DNA from: an uncultured Pseudomonadales bacterium
GTDB lineage: Bacteria; Patescibacteriota; Microgenomatia; UBA1400; PJMF01
Length of the DNA stretch: 64,000 nucleotides
NCBI GenBank assembly: GCA_964570365.1
Contig: CAZMXT010000003.1
Location: forward strand, 3,339-67,338
Direction of reading: 5' to 3'
The position numbers and the translations under genes were made by a program. Each line of letters opens with the position of its first letter. Position 1 is the stretch's first letter. The notes under the pieces were generated by a model. It had not been told where the DNA came from. It made no database searches and worked only from the letters and a program-made list of their open reading frames with translations. Shown here in pieces: positions 9,807 to 19,004 of this stretch.

Positions 9807-10628
9807 TTAGACTTCGGAAGCTCTTCCAAACTTGGGCAGTCGGGGCCGACGCAAAGCCAACGTCCGACCAGCCCGATGAAAAAGAAAAAAGATGCCAAAG
9901 AACATAATCACCACCCTAATCGGGATATCTAGCGCAAACTCAAAAACAACCAACTGACTTGGGGTCACCATCGCCATCAGCAGGCCAAAAAAACCATAAA
10001 ATATACAGAACATACTAAACAAAAACCCAGTTTGGGCACTGTGACGTTTATCGCGATACCACTCAAAAGTGCGGTACTTTGATTCGACCCAAAAGAGAAA
10101 GATAAAGAGGGCTAAATAGAGCAAGAAGCCATAGAGTTGACTCGGGTGGCGCTGGTCAAAAACAGTCGGAAAAACCATCCCCCAAGGTAACTTGGTTGGA
10201 TTACCGAAGTTGGTGCCGGCAAAAAAGCTGCCCAACCATAACAGGGCATGACTAAGTGCAAGGCTTAGGGTGGCGAAGTCGAGTACCTCAAAACTGTCCC
10301 AGCGCTCCCTGAGCGTATACCGATACAAGACGCCCAGACCTACTAATATTCCCGGTAAAATGGCAAATCCAGGCAAAGAAAAAATATCAACCCACTTTAA
10401 AGGATTCAAGCCAAAAACACCTGAGTGCAGAGCCACAAATGCTCCTCTACTCGCCACCACACCCATCATTATCGAAATTAGGTAACCATCAAATAAGTCA
10501 TGCTCAGGATAGTGCTCTTCCCGGCTTTTTCGCCAAAAAACGTACGCAGCGGCAAAAAACGCAACGATTAAAAAAATGCTAAACGTGTAGAGGGTGAAAC
10601 GACCAACTGAAAAAATGACAGGAAGCAT
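9807..10628 (-). CDS. lgt: Prolipoprotein diacylglyceryl transferase
   Basis: 273-aa polytopic membrane protein containing an Lgt-like GRxGNFxNxE-type region (GTNFGNPTKLPWGMVF). It is paired with lspA. Confidence 0.75.
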   Translation of the reverse strand: MLPVIFSVGRFTLYTFSIFLIVAFFAAAYVFWRKSREEHYPEHDLFDGYLISIMMGVVASRGAFVALHSGVFGLNPLKWVDIFSLPGFAILPGILVGLGVLYRYTLRERWDSFEVLDFATLSLALSHALLWLGSFFAGTNFGNPTKLPWGMVFPTVFDQRHPSQLYGFLLYLALFIFLFWVESKYRTFEWYRDKRHSAQTGFLFSMFCIFYGFFGLLMAMVTPSQLVVFEFALDIPIRVVIMFFGIFFLFHRAGRTLALRRPRLPKFGRASEV

Positions 10629-10668
10629 ATCTGCTAGTATAACTCATCTGATATATAATAAATTTTGT

Positions 10669-11115
10669 ATGCTTTCTATTTCTCACACTCTGACTGGTGC
10701 CTTTATTGCTACGAAGCTCCCACACCCTCTTTTGTATATTCCCCTTATTCTTGCCTCTCACTACTTGGAAGACTGGATTCCTCATTGGGACGTTGGGACT
10801 GGATTGAGCAGTGGGAAGCGAAAACGACGAACGGCAATTATTTTGGAGCTTGGCGAGTTAGCCTTTTCTATTGTGCTGGTTTATTGGTTTTTCCAAAGCA
10901 CCCAGTCCGAACTACAAGTTCATGCCTGGAGCGGGGCATTTATTGGACTAGTACCAGACTTTTTAGAGGCGCCGCGAAATTTCCTCAAGTGGGAACCATC
11001 TTTTTTTAAACCTTTGAATAACCTGCATGGACTTTTTCACCACTCGACTCCAAATGTGCTGTTTGGCTTAATGCCTCAGGTGGTGGTAATTGGGGTGATT
11101 TGGTTGTTGAGGTAA
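10669..11115 (+). CDS. Small His-rich integral membrane protein, possibly YdjM/DUF457-like membrane-bound metal-dependent hydrolase
   Basis: Start chosen at the internal ATG at 10669 to avoid overlapping the lgt start. Several TM helices plus conserved His clusters (SHTLTG, HYLEDWIPHWD, HGLFHHS). Confidence 0.4.
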   Translation: MLSISHTLTGAFIATKLPHPLLYIPLILASHYLEDWIPHWDVGTGLSSGKRKRRTAIILELGELAFSIVLVYWFFQSTQSELQVHAWSGAFIGLVPDFLEAPRNFLKWEPSFFKPLNNLHGLFHHSTPNVLFGLMPQVVVIGVIWLLR

Positions 11116-11121
11116 AGTATG

Positions 11122-11205
11122 TGCCGAGAGAGGGACTCGAACCCTCACGGACTTGAGGTCCATCAGTTTTTGAGACTGAACTGTCTACCATTTCAGCACC
11201 TCGGC
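11122..11205 (-). tRNA. tRNA-Leu (anticodon CAA), type II with long variable arm
   Basis: Minus-strand sequence GCCGAGG-TG-CTG-AAATGGTAGA-CAG-T-TCAGT-CTCAAAA-ACTGA-(variable arm)-GAGGG-TTCGAGT-CCCTC-TCTCGGC-A. The acceptor pairs 7/7 and the anticodon loop is CUCAAAA, giving CAA. It closely resembles E. coli tRNA-Leu(CAA). No CCA is encoded. Confidence 0.85.
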
Positions 11206-11302
11206 ACTGTCAAAATATCAAAGAAGATTTTCAATTATACAATAAAAAACCTCAGTTCTTCAGGCCAAGATCCTATCTAGACTTGCTTTTTCACCCAAAT
11301 TT

Positions 11303-11587
11303 ATGCATAGTATTTACATGGATATTGAAAATATTCGTGGACTTATTGCGTCATTTTTCGTTGTCGATAGTATTTGGTCTGTCGTTCTGCGCGGTGGCGT
11401 CTGGTTTGCCATCTCAATTGTGATTCTGGTGAGTACGGACATGGCGAATCCGCAAAAAGCCAACTTAAGTCTGAAAAGAAATTTGGGATTTTTTGTGTTT
11501 TTCTTGGTGCTATCGGGTGGATTAATTTACTTGCTCTTTGGCTTTAGCTCTGCCCCATCTGTTTCTGCCTACACAGAGATTCCTTAA
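11303..11587 (+). CDS. Small hypothetical membrane protein (2 TM)
   Basis: 94-aa ORF with two hydrophobic helices, sitting in an otherwise empty 400-nt gap. Weak support. Confidence 0.3.
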   Translation: MHSIYMDIENIRGLIASFFVVDSIWSVVLRGGVWFAISIVILVSTDMANPQKANLSLKRNLGFFVFFLVLSGGLIYLLFGFSSAPSVSAYTEIP

Positions 11588-11611
11588 AAGCTCGACTTGC
11601 CTGGCCCATTA

Positions 11612-14203
11612 TTAACGGCGCGCTTCCATCCCAAAGAACTTAATTCTGTCACCCTTGAAGTAGAGATCTATTTCGCCGAGTGGACCATTTCGGTGCTTGG
11701 CAATTTTTAAGTTGACTGATTCGCGGATATCATCATCTTTCCGATACAGGAACATGACGACGTCTGCGTCTTGTTCAATACTATTATGAACTACGATATT
11801 ATTTGCGACAAAATTTTCATGACCTGGGACTGTTAAGTCAAAAACTTCTTCTTCCCCAAGATACTTGATCTCACGAACACTATCCCAATACACATCACTG
11901 CTTGCTAAACTTAATAACGAGGCTGACTGCACAACCTTCGAAATCAACATTGCTCTCCCACGCCCTAGGTTTTGCCCAAACATTGCTCCAGATCTGGCAG
12001 TATGTGTCAAATCACAAAGTTGACGATAGGTAATGCTATCGTGACGCATACTTGGCTTAATAGACAAGGTCCAGACATCACTGGGTATAATATCGAAGTT
12101 TGTATTCCCATGTATTCCAGATAGGTACTTTTGAACTAGATTCAAATCATTGCTCTTATAGCTGCCCACTGCTCCTATTAAATGAACAAAAAGACTCAAA
12201 TTTTCTACTCCCGAGAGAATTACATGATGTTGATCTCTCCCCTTTCCAGGTTGAGGAACTTTTCTAAGTGAAGCGTTAATACCTAATTTTAAAAGTAGCG
12301 ACTGCACATCACTTGCAAGTCGTAGACTACTACTAGCATAGTAAATTGCTGGGTATGGTTTTTTGCTTTGTTGCATCTTGATACAACCATCTGTTGCCCA
12401 TAAATGTTTCAAAAAAACAGCAACTGCAGAAGTGGATTGCTCGAATACTTTTTTAGGCACAAATTTTTCGTATGAACGTAATCCCCAAACCTCTAGTTCT
12501 CGCAACCAATCACTTATAGGACTATGTACTCCACGTCCGTGTTTTCTCGTTGAAGCTAAATAGACCTGATAACACTGTCTCTCTTTATTAATTCTAGGCT
12601 TTACCTCTGAGCCAAACACCTGTAAAGCCAGAGTAGATACCACATCAGCTAGATCCAGCTCTCTAGTCGTGTATTGAATGGCGTGACGAGGTAAGGTGCA
12701 GCCGTCCCCAATTAAATGTCCCAACAAACCCAACTCAGCATCACTCATGGTTTGAACACTGGTTGTCACTGGGATAGATCGGGGCAGGGCCAGACACTCT
12801 TTTTCTACTAACTCATCTAAACGCTTCCAACCATTGATCGTTAAGAACTTATGATTCGCAGTAGCCTTAATTGCTCGACCTAAGCGAGTGGTAAGCTGAA
12901 AAACAGGTTTCACGCCCGTGGAAAAGGCATTGCTGACCAGCGCTGATTCTAGTTTGTATGTCTCTGGGTTCAAGCTCCAGACAGCAAAGTCTTTCTTTCC
13001 CTTGAGTTGCGAAATCGATACTTGTTGACCATTCTTGACCAAAGTAATTAATGAGTCGCCAGTAATACAACCTGATTCCCTCAAGTCAGAGAGTTGCGGC
13101 GTCTTCTCCCCTCGGCTCTCAATCGCCCGCGATAGCTGCGACAAAGCCAGGACTGGAATTTTTAACTCTCTCGCAATGTTCTTCAGTCCTTGAGAAATTT
13201 CTGCAACTTCTTGGACGCGATTATCAAAAGTTCTGCCATGAGCCAACTGAAGATAGTCAACAATTAACATATCAATACCCTGCTCGGCCATTAAGCGGCG
13301 AGCCTTGGTCCGCATCTCAAAGATAGACAATCCAGGGCTATCATCAATAAAAATCTGCGCATCAGCCAAAACTCCCATCGCATCTGAAAGCTTCAAGTAA
13401 TCTTGCTGATCTAAACGACCGGTTTTTAAGCGCCAAGCATCAATATCAGCTTGGGACACGAGTAAACGATCTACCAGCTCTTCCCGACTCATTTCCAGGG
13501 AGAAGAAGCCAATTTTTTTCTTCGCCACCACCGCAGCATACTGCGCCATGTTCATTGAGAAGGCAGTTTTACCAATTCCCGGTCGTGCGGCCAAAATAAT
13601 TAAGTTCGAGCGCTGAAAGCCAGCCAATAAATTGTCTAAATCAGCAAAACCTGAAGCAACTCCTCGCAGCTCCCCCGCGTTTCGTTGGAGTTCATCTAAT
13701 CGCTCAAAACTCTCTGCCAGCGCTTGTTTGATGGGAGTAAATGATTTGGTGGTATTGTCTTGGGAAAGCTCGAAGATTCGCTGCTCTGCATCGTTGATCA
13801 ACTCCTTGACCTCTTTGCTCTCGTCAAAGGCATTGGTCGTCAACTCACTCGACAGAGAGATGACTGCCCGCTTAATTGCCAAGTCTTTAATAATTTGTGC
13901 ATAGTGGACAATATTGGCAGCAGTGGAAACCGCATTAGAAAGCTCCACAATGGCCGATGCTCCACCCACTGCACTAAGTTTTTTATTTTTTTTGAGCTGG
14001 TCAGTCAGAGTCACCACATCGATGGGCTGGCGCTTCTCATATAAGGTCTGCATTGCTTCGTAGATCTGGGAGTGGTGCTCGTCGTAAAAGTACTCAATCC
14101 GCAAGATATCTGCCACGTTAATGATGGCATCTTTATCGATCAGGATAGATGCGAGAACTGACTTCTCCGCATCTAAACTATTTGGCGGAATTTTTGGCTG
14201 CAT
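11612..14203 (-). CDS. dnaB: Replicative DNA helicase DnaB, interrupted by an in-frame 429-aa intein
   Basis: N-terminal DnaB domain, Walker A GIGKTAF, then ...LSDLRESG|CITGDSLI...VVHN|SIEQDADVV.... With the intein removed the extein is 434 aa. Confidence 0.92.
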   Translation of the reverse strand: MQPKIPPNSLDAEKSVLASILIDKDAIINVADILRIEYFYDEHHSQIYEAMQTLYEKRQPIDVVTLTDQLKKNKKLSAVGGASAIVELSNAVSTAANIVHYAQIIKDLAIKRAVISLSSELTTNAFDESKEVKELINDAEQRIFELSQDNTTKSFTPIKQALAESFERLDELQRNAGELRGVASGFADLDNLLAGFQRSNLIILAARPGIGKTAFSMNMAQYAAVVAKKKIGFFSLEMSREELVDRLLVSQADIDAWRLKTGRLDQQDYLKLSDAMGVLADAQIFIDDSPGLSIFEMRTKARRLMAEQGIDMLIVDYLQLAHGRTFDNRVQEVAEISQGLKNIARELKIPVLALSQLSRAIESRGEKTPQLSDLRESGCITGDSLITLVKNGQQVSISQLKGKKDFAVWSLNPETYKLESALVSNAFSTGVKPVFQLTTRLGRAIKATANHKFLTINGWKRLDELVEKECLALPRSIPVTTSVQTMSDAELGLLGHLIGDGCTLPRHAIQYTTRELDLADVVSTLALQVFGSEVKPRINKERQCYQVYLASTRKHGRGVHSPISDWLRELEVWGLRSYEKFVPKKVFEQSTSAVAVFLKHLWATDGCIKMQQSKKPYPAIYYASSSLRLASDVQSLLLKLGINASLRKVPQPGKGRDQHHVILSGVENLSLFVHLIGAVGSYKSNDLNLVQKYLSGIHGNTNFDIIPSDVWTLSIKPSMRHDSITYRQLCDLTHTARSGAMFGQNLGRGRAMLISKVVQSASLLSLASSDVYWDSVREIKYLGEEEVFDLTVPGHENFVANNIVVHNSIEQDADVVMFLYRKDDDIRESVNLKIAKHRNGPLGEIDLYFKGDRIKFFGMEARR
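11783..13069 (-). mobile_element. DnaB intein with LAGLIDADG homing-endonuclease domain
   Basis: Begins with Cys (TGT at 13069..13067) and ends with HN (AAT at 11785..11783), followed by Ser. Block A is CITGDSLITLV, block B is TANHKFLT. LAGLIDADG motifs are LLGHLIGDGC and HLWATDGCI. Block G is VFDLTVPGHENFVANNIVVHN. It is 429 aa, the same length and insertion site as the Synechocystis DnaB intein, which it strongly resembles. Confidence 0.9.
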
Positions 14204-14213
14204 AATATATGCT

Positions 14214-14873
14214 TTATTTCTGAATATCTAGCACAATCAACTCAGTTTCCTCTGGCATGCGGTTCTTCTCAATGATAACTTTTGGTTGGCTGGCCGGAGT
14301 AACACCATATTCTTTTAAGAACTCTTCTAAGGTCAAGAGTTGACTCAACTTTTCACTGTGCTGAGCTGTTTTATAGTGCATGGGGATCGCATAGGAGGGT
14401 TCAATTTGTTGAATGGTCTTAATGGCCAACTTCGGGTCAATCGTGAAGGTGCCACCGACTGGACACAGCAGCACATCTACCACGCCAATTTCATCCAGTT
14501 GCTGACTGGTCAGCTCATGGCCTAAATCGCCTAAGTGACAAATCCGGACGTCATCAATAATAATCGTCTGAATAGTATTTACACCACGCTCAGCGCCCCT
14601 TACGTTGTCATGATAGCTCAGGGTACCAAATACTGAGATTCCTCCCACTTCATACTCACCCGGCTGAGAAACAATAAACGGCTGAGGTCGTCTGGCGGTG
14701 CCGTTCACTTTTTGAGCCGCATTGTGATCAAAGTGATCGTGAGAGACCGTCACCAAGTCTGCACTCAAAGTAGGTAGGCTCCAGCCGACTTCAGGAAGGA
14801 AGGGATCAGTCACTACTGTGCCCGATTTCCCCTTCAGTTTAAAGGTTGAATGACCGTAATATGTAATTTCCAT
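14214..14873 (-). CDS. Metallo-beta-lactamase-fold hydrolase (UPF0173-like)
   Basis: Start at the internal ATG at 14873..14871, preceded by GGAGGA, giving MEITYYGHSTFKL.... HxHxDH motif (VSHDHFDHN). The upstream 49 codons of the track ORF look non-coding. Confidence 0.7.
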   Translation of the reverse strand: MEITYYGHSTFKLKGKSGTVVTDPFLPEVGWSLPTLSADLVTVSHDHFDHNAAQKVNGTARRPQPFIVSQPGEYEVGGISVFGTLSYHDNVRGAERGVNTIQTIIIDDVRICHLGDLGHELTSQQLDEIGVVDVLLCPVGGTFTIDPKLAIKTIQQIEPSYAIPMHYKTAQHSEKLSQLLTLEEFLKEYGVTPASQPKVIIEKNRMPEETELIVLDIQK

Positions 14874-14961
14874 GTTGTATCCTCCGCAACTAGGCCTAGG
14901 ATAACAAAGGTTAACGGGTTTGTCACTGAGGGTATATTTAGATATAATGATCTTTCTTAAT

Positions 14962-15483
14962 ATGAAAAAAGAAGTCTTTTTTGCCATTTTTCTTGGACTC
15001 AGTCTCGGGCTGATCGTCACGTATGGTGTCTATACTGCCAGGCGCTCCTTGAGCTCTCCTACCTCTTTTCTCCGTTCTAATAATCAAGCAACTTCGACAG
15101 AATCAGCTCAAGTTCGTAACTCCCTGGTGATTTTTTCACCGGAAGATGAGAGTATCCAGTCAGTAAAAGAAGTGCGCATCTCTGGAACAACTGATCCAGA
15201 GGCAATGACGATTATTTTCTTAAATAATCAGCCGAATATTATAAAAGCTGATAAATCAGGGAATTTCTCTATCCAAGGCACAGTACAACAGGGTGCAAAT
15301 ATTATTCTCGTACGCACCATCGATGGTGAAGGAAATACTGCTGAGGAAGAACGAGTTGTTGTTTACAGTACCACTAGTTTAGAAGAAGCTCCTACCGCCT
15401 CTGCCAGCGCCAGCCCTTCTGCCAAGCCTGCTGCTTCAGTCAGACCAAGAGTCAGTCCGTCACCAAGTCCAAAAGCACCGTAA
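14962..15483 (+). CDS. Hypothetical secreted or membrane-anchored protein with a Pro/Ser/Ala-rich C-terminal tail
   Basis: Start at ATG 14962 (MKKEVFFAIFLGLSLGLIV, a signal/anchor sequence). A beta-rich middle region is followed by a low-complexity tail ASASASPSAKPAASVRPRVSPSPSPKAP. Confidence 0.5.
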   Translation: MKKEVFFAIFLGLSLGLIVTYGVYTARRSLSSPTSFLRSNNQATSTESAQVRNSLVIFSPEDESIQSVKEVRISGTTDPEAMTIIFLNNQPNIIKADKSGNFSIQGTVQQGANIILVRTIDGEGNTAEEERVVVYSTTSLEEAPTASASASPSAKPAASVRPRVSPSPSPKAP

Positions 15484-15507
15484 AGATCAAGAAATGGGTA
15501 AAAATTT

Positions 15508-16269
15508 ATGAGAAAAATCTGGATGACCCTTAGCTTCTTCCTTGTTTTTAGTGGTTACTCACTTTTTTCTCCTCTTTTATTCCCGTTCGCACTTTCCTCG
15601 ACCCAAGCTGCTAGCCCTACAGTCCAACCCAAGACGAGTCCCTCACCCACACCCTCATCATCGCTGCAACCTAGTCCCAGTGCTAAACAAACAACTGAAA
15701 ACCTCAAAGAACGCATTGATCGAGTTATTGAGGAAACCAGAGGCAAAGTACAGGGAACTACAGACAGAGTTGGTGTCAAGCAACGCGGCTTTATAGGCGA
15801 AGTTCAGCGTGTCACTGAAAAAACCTTGACCCTGCGAAACCGAAAAGGGAATGAGACACTTACTCTGGATTCTGGACTCATTATCGTCAAAAATAATGGC
15901 AAAGCCACCGTAGACGATATTGCGGTTGGAGACTGGCTAATTGTGATGGGATACCTAGAAAATGAAACATTTGAACCCAAACGAATTATTATTTCTAGTA
16001 CGCCACTTACCCCAGCTCGGTTCGAAACTGGGATTGGGAACCTAAAAGAGAGTACTCGCACCCAACTGACTTTTTTAGGTCTCGACCGCCAAGAAATAAA
16101 GTACATCTTAAACACCACGACCCAATTTCAAGATAGTGAGGGAAATGTGATTAAGCGCGAAGCGCTCGGCTCAGAAACTCAAATTCTAGTGATCAGCCGT
16201 GAGCAAGATGCGAACAAGATCGCTACCGTAGTTCGGTCTATGGCCCCCATCCAAGGAAACAATGAGTGA
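15508..16269 (+). CDS. Hypothetical secreted protein (signal peptide plus PS-rich linker plus globular domain)
   Basis: N-terminal signal peptide, then the TSPSPTPSSSLQPSPS linker. No catalytic motif recognised. Confidence 0.5.
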   Translation: MRKIWMTLSFFLVFSGYSLFSPLLFPFALSSTQAASPTVQPKTSPSPTPSSSLQPSPSAKQTTENLKERIDRVIEETRGKVQGTTDRVGVKQRGFIGEVQRVTEKTLTLRNRKGNETLTLDSGLIIVKNNGKATVDDIAVGDWLIVMGYLENETFEPKRIIISSTPLTPARFETGIGNLKESTRTQLTFLGLDRQEIKYILNTTTQFQDSEGNVIKREALGSETQILVISREQDANKIATVVRSMAPIQGNNE

Positions 16270-17383
16270 GGACTCCGCCTCGTTTCAGCGACGAGTAGCT
16301 CAGCTCCAAGCGACGCTCTCCCCTGCTCATGGGATTCTTCTTTCTAAACCCACAGATCTTGAGTACTTGATCGGATTTGAATTTTTGACCCCAGAAGAAC
16401 GAGAAGCTCTTTTGCTGGTCACAAGCTCTGGACTGCACGTAATTCACTCTTCCTTCTCCCCACTTCCAGATACAATACCGTACCAAAAGTATCCCGGCAC
16501 CTACCCTAATCAGGTCTGTAAACATCTGATCCAGATTCTTACTGCACAACCAGCACTGCGCGAAATTTTTGTTGATGCTTCCACTTTATTCCTAGAAGAG
16601 TATCAAGCGATTGAGCAAGCACTAAAAGGCATGTCTCTAGGAATCAAGCTGGCTACTCTCGATCGAGAAAAAATCTGGTCGCTCCGCAGGGTAAAAGATG
16701 AGCTTGAGATTGGATTACTCAAAAAATCAGCGCACATTGCTGCTCAGAGCTTCAAAAAAGTACGGTCACAGCTCCAAGTTGGGATGACCGAAAAACAGGT
16801 CTGCGAAATGATTGAGGCGGAGTTCCGCTCACAAGGAACTAAAAAACCAGCCTTCCCGACCATTGTGGCTTTTGGCGCGAATAGCACCTTACCCCATTAC
16901 CAACCTGGAGATGTTCAGTTACAGGACAATATGCCGGTATTGATCGATATGGGCGCCAAATTCGAGAGGTATTGTAGTGACATGACCCGCACATTCTGGT
17001 TTGGCAACCAACCAGAAGCAAAGTTTCAAGAAATTGAGCAAATTGTAAAAGATGCCTACCAGGCTGCGTTAGGAAAGTTAGGTCAATTTTTTGGCTCTCA
17101 GGCTCCAGGTAACTCAACGCTACAAGCCAAAGACCTTGACGCAGCAGCGCGCGGCGTCATCGAGCAGGCTGACCAAGGTGAGTTCTTCATTCACACCACC
17201 GGACATGGAGTGGGCCTGGATATCCATGAGCCGCCTTCGCTGAACTGGCATAATGAGTTCGCATTAGCAGCTGGGATGGCAATAACGATTGAGCCAGGCA
17301 TTTACCTACCCGATCTGTTTGGCTACCGCCATGAGAACACTGTCCTGCTCACTCCTACTGGCCCGCTGGAACTGACGCTCTAA
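16262..17383 (+). CDS. M24-family Xaa-Pro aminopeptidase / prolidase (pita-bread fold)
   Basis: Metal-ligand blocks of M24B (…DMGAKFERYCSDMTRTF…, …HTTGHGVGLDIHEPP…, …GMAITIEPGIY…, …ENTVLLT…). Confidence 0.8.
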   Translation: MSEDSASFQRRVAQLQATLSPAHGILLSKPTDLEYLIGFEFLTPEEREALLLVTSSGLHVIHSSFSPLPDTIPYQKYPGTYPNQVCKHLIQILTAQPALREIFVDASTLFLEEYQAIEQALKGMSLGIKLATLDREKIWSLRRVKDELEIGLLKKSAHIAAQSFKKVRSQLQVGMTEKQVCEMIEAEFRSQGTKKPAFPTIVAFGANSTLPHYQPGDVQLQDNMPVLIDMGAKFERYCSDMTRTFWFGNQPEAKFQEIEQIVKDAYQAALGKLGQFFGSQAPGNSTLQAKDLDAAARGVIEQADQGEFFIHTTGHGVGLDIHEPPSLNWHNEFALAAGMAITIEPGIYLPDLFGYRHENTVLLTPTGPLELTL

Positions 17384-17440
17384 CTGAACTCACTCTAGTC
17401 GGCCCTTGCGAGTCGGCTTTTTACCTTAGACAATGACCCT

Positions 17441-17968
17441 ATGGATGAAATTCAAGCTCCGGTTATCCGCCTATTAACTGCAACAGACGGACCTGCCTAT
17501 CAAGCACTGCGGCTGCAGTCATTGCAAGAAAGCCCTCAGGCTTTTCTCTCTACCTACGACGCTGAGAAAAATCTTCAGGAAAAGAGCTTTGCAAATCAGT
17601 TGGACTGGGCGTACCACCCACCACACCATGGGTACTTTGGAATCTTCATGGGAAAAGAACTCGCGGGATACTTACAAATTGGCAAAAGCTACTTGGAAAA
17701 ACAAAATCATATAGTTTTCGCCTACAATTTTTACATTGCTCCCCAGTACCGACGCCAAGGAGTTGCCACCAAGCTTTTCCAGTACGTCCTGAACTTGGTA
17801 GCAGCTTCTGAGCAAATTGAGCGCGTCTATCTTACCTGCGCAGCGACGAACGTGCCGGCCTGCAACTTCTATAAAAAAATGGGCTTTCGCCGCTTCAGCA
17901 TTCGCGCCAAGACCATCAAGTGGCAAGGCGTCTATGACGACGAAGTGGAAATGGTGAAAGTGTTGTAA
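17441..17968 (+). CDS. GNAT-family N-acetyltransferase
   Basis: Acetyl-CoA-binding motif RRQGVATKLFQYVL and the C-terminal NFYKKMGF block. Confidence 0.75.
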   Translation: MDEIQAPVIRLLTATDGPAYQALRLQSLQESPQAFLSTYDAEKNLQEKSFANQLDWAYHPPHHGYFGIFMGKELAGYLQIGKSYLEKQNHIVFAYNFYIAPQYRRQGVATKLFQYVLNLVAASEQIERVYLTCAATNVPACNFYKKMGFRRFSIRAKTIKWQGVYDDEVEMVKVL

Positions 17969-18065
17969 AATACTGATCCGGAGGTGGTGGAGACTCAAGT
18001 GGAGAGCTGGGAAATTTGCCTGAACGCTACTCTGGAGGTTCTTCTATTCCACAAGTAGCTTAAAA

Positions 18066-18138
18066 GGGCCCGTAGCTCATCTGGTAGAGCGTTGCATTCG
18101 CATTGCAAAGGTGGTCGGTTCGAGCCCGATCGGGTCCA
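18066..18138 (+). tRNA. tRNA-Ala (anticodon CGC)
   Basis: GGGCCCG-TA-GCTC-ATCTGGTA-GAGC-G-TTGCA-TTCGCAT-TGCAA-AGGTG-GTCGG-TTCGAGC-CCGAT-CGGGTCC-A. The G3:U70 Ala identity pair is present and the anticodon is CGC. No CCA is encoded. Confidence 0.85.
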
Positions 18139-18155
18139 CATCAGAAGGTAAAACT

Positions 18156-18178
18156 CCAGGGCCTTATAGAGGCCCTGG
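18156..18178 (+). terminator. Stable 8-bp GC-rich hairpin downstream of tRNA-Ala (possible processing or termination signal)
   Basis: CCAGGGCC-ttataga-GGCCCTGG at 18156-18178. It is not followed by a U-run on the plus strand, so only a weak terminator call. Confidence 0.3.
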
Positions 18179-18355
18179 AAAAACTGATCGCACAATCTTC
18201 TTAACCCTTTTTTTTAAACCGCTCAGCTGACCGTTTGGCTGTAAACAACCATTGGTCAAGCGGTACGGGACATTAAATCAATATGTATTGGATATGTTAA
18301 TTATTATAGGCCTTTAATCACTTCCCTCCCTGTTTTCTCCATCTCGAGTAGATTC

Positions 18356-18364
18356 TGTTATAAT
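18356..18364 (+). promoter_or_regulatory. Extended -10 element (TGtTATAAT) upstream of the TrpR-like gene
   Basis: tgttataat at 18356-18364, 29 nt upstream of the ATG at 18393. Confidence 0.3.
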
Positions 18365-18392
18365 CATTAAAACTTTTTCTATCAGACAATCT

Positions 18393-18704
18393 ATGCCAGG
18401 CATTTCCTACCCAGACCAACACGACCGCGAGCTCATCAAAGCCTTCTCTACCCTAAAGAATGAGAAAGAAATTCAGCATTTTTTGCGCGACTTGATGACA
18501 ATCGGTGAGATCAAGGAGTTTGCCAAGCGCTTCCAGATTGCCAAGCAGCTGTGGATGACCGATAAACCGTACCTCCAAATTGCCAGTGAAGTGAAGACCA
18601 GCACCACTACCGTAACTCGAGTGGCGGACTGGTTATTTAAGCAGGGTCTGAATGGGTATCAGACCGTTTTGAAGCAACTTTTTCCTCAAGGAAAATCCAA
18701 CTAA
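18393..18704 (+). CDS. TrpR-like DNA-binding protein (YerC/YecD family)
   Basis: 103 aa. ...IQHFLRDLMTIGEIKEFAKRFQIAKQLW...TSTTTVTRV... resembles the Trp-repressor-like HTH family. Confidence 0.6.
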   Translation: MPGISYPDQHDRELIKAFSTLKNEKEIQHFLRDLMTIGEIKEFAKRFQIAKQLWMTDKPYLQIASEVKTSTTTVTRVADWLFKQGLNGYQTVLKQLFPQGKSN

Positions 18705-18715
18705 CTTTTGTACAC

Positions 18716-18982
18716 TTAATCGTGTGTTCCGAGACTGAAAAAAATGACCGTCGTTTCACCTTGAATTTGCGCATAGTAAAAGAGGATGCTGTGAGATGTG
18801 TCAATCGAAATACTCCAACACTCTTGCTGATCACCACTCAACTTATGGAGTCGTAAAGATGGGTGATTTGGGGTCTTTTGAAAAACCAAGAGCTGTTTAT
18901 GAATTTTTTGAAAAGTTTTAGTATTAGTTTTCTTGATCTTCTGCAGTTTTTTCAGACAATTTGGTGCAAATGAAGTCTGCAT
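18716..18982 (-). CDS. Type II toxin, RelE/ParE superfamily (YafQ-like mRNA interferase)
   Basis: 88 aa. The C-terminal ...HKLSGDQQECWSISIDTSHSILFYYAQIQGETTVIFFSLGTHD matches the YafQ/RelE pattern (LxGxxxxxxxxRIxxDYRLIYxxxxDxVxLLRxGTHxDL). It lies immediately downstream of an RHH antitoxin gene. Confidence 0.7.
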   Translation of the reverse strand: MQTSFAPNCLKKLQKIKKTNTKTFQKIHKQLLVFQKTPNHPSLRLHKLSGDQQECWSISIDTSHSILFYYAQIQGETTVIFFSLGTHD

Positions 18983-19004
18983 AGTTTTAGAGATCTTGAA
19001 GCAC

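Noticed and set aside
11006-11191. 61-aa minus-strand ORF overlapping tRNA-Leu
   Set aside because: It is a translation through the tRNA gene. The tRNA fold (acceptor 7/7, CAA anticodon loop) explains the sequence.
12363-14044. Several 60-95-aa plus-strand ORFs inside dnaB/intein (12363..12563, 13632..13904, 13760..14044)
   Set aside because: They are antisense to a strongly supported long CDS, which is a typical source of shadow ORFs.
14874-15020. Upstream 49-codon extension of the MBL-fold hydrolase ORF
   Set aside because: The internal ATG at 14873 is preceded by GGAGGA and begins the conserved MEITYYGHSTF fold. The extension has no homology-like character.
17995-18195. 66-aa minus-strand ORF overlapping tRNA-Ala
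   Set aside because: It is antisense to a well-formed tRNA-Ala (G3:U70, CGC) and has no coding signal.
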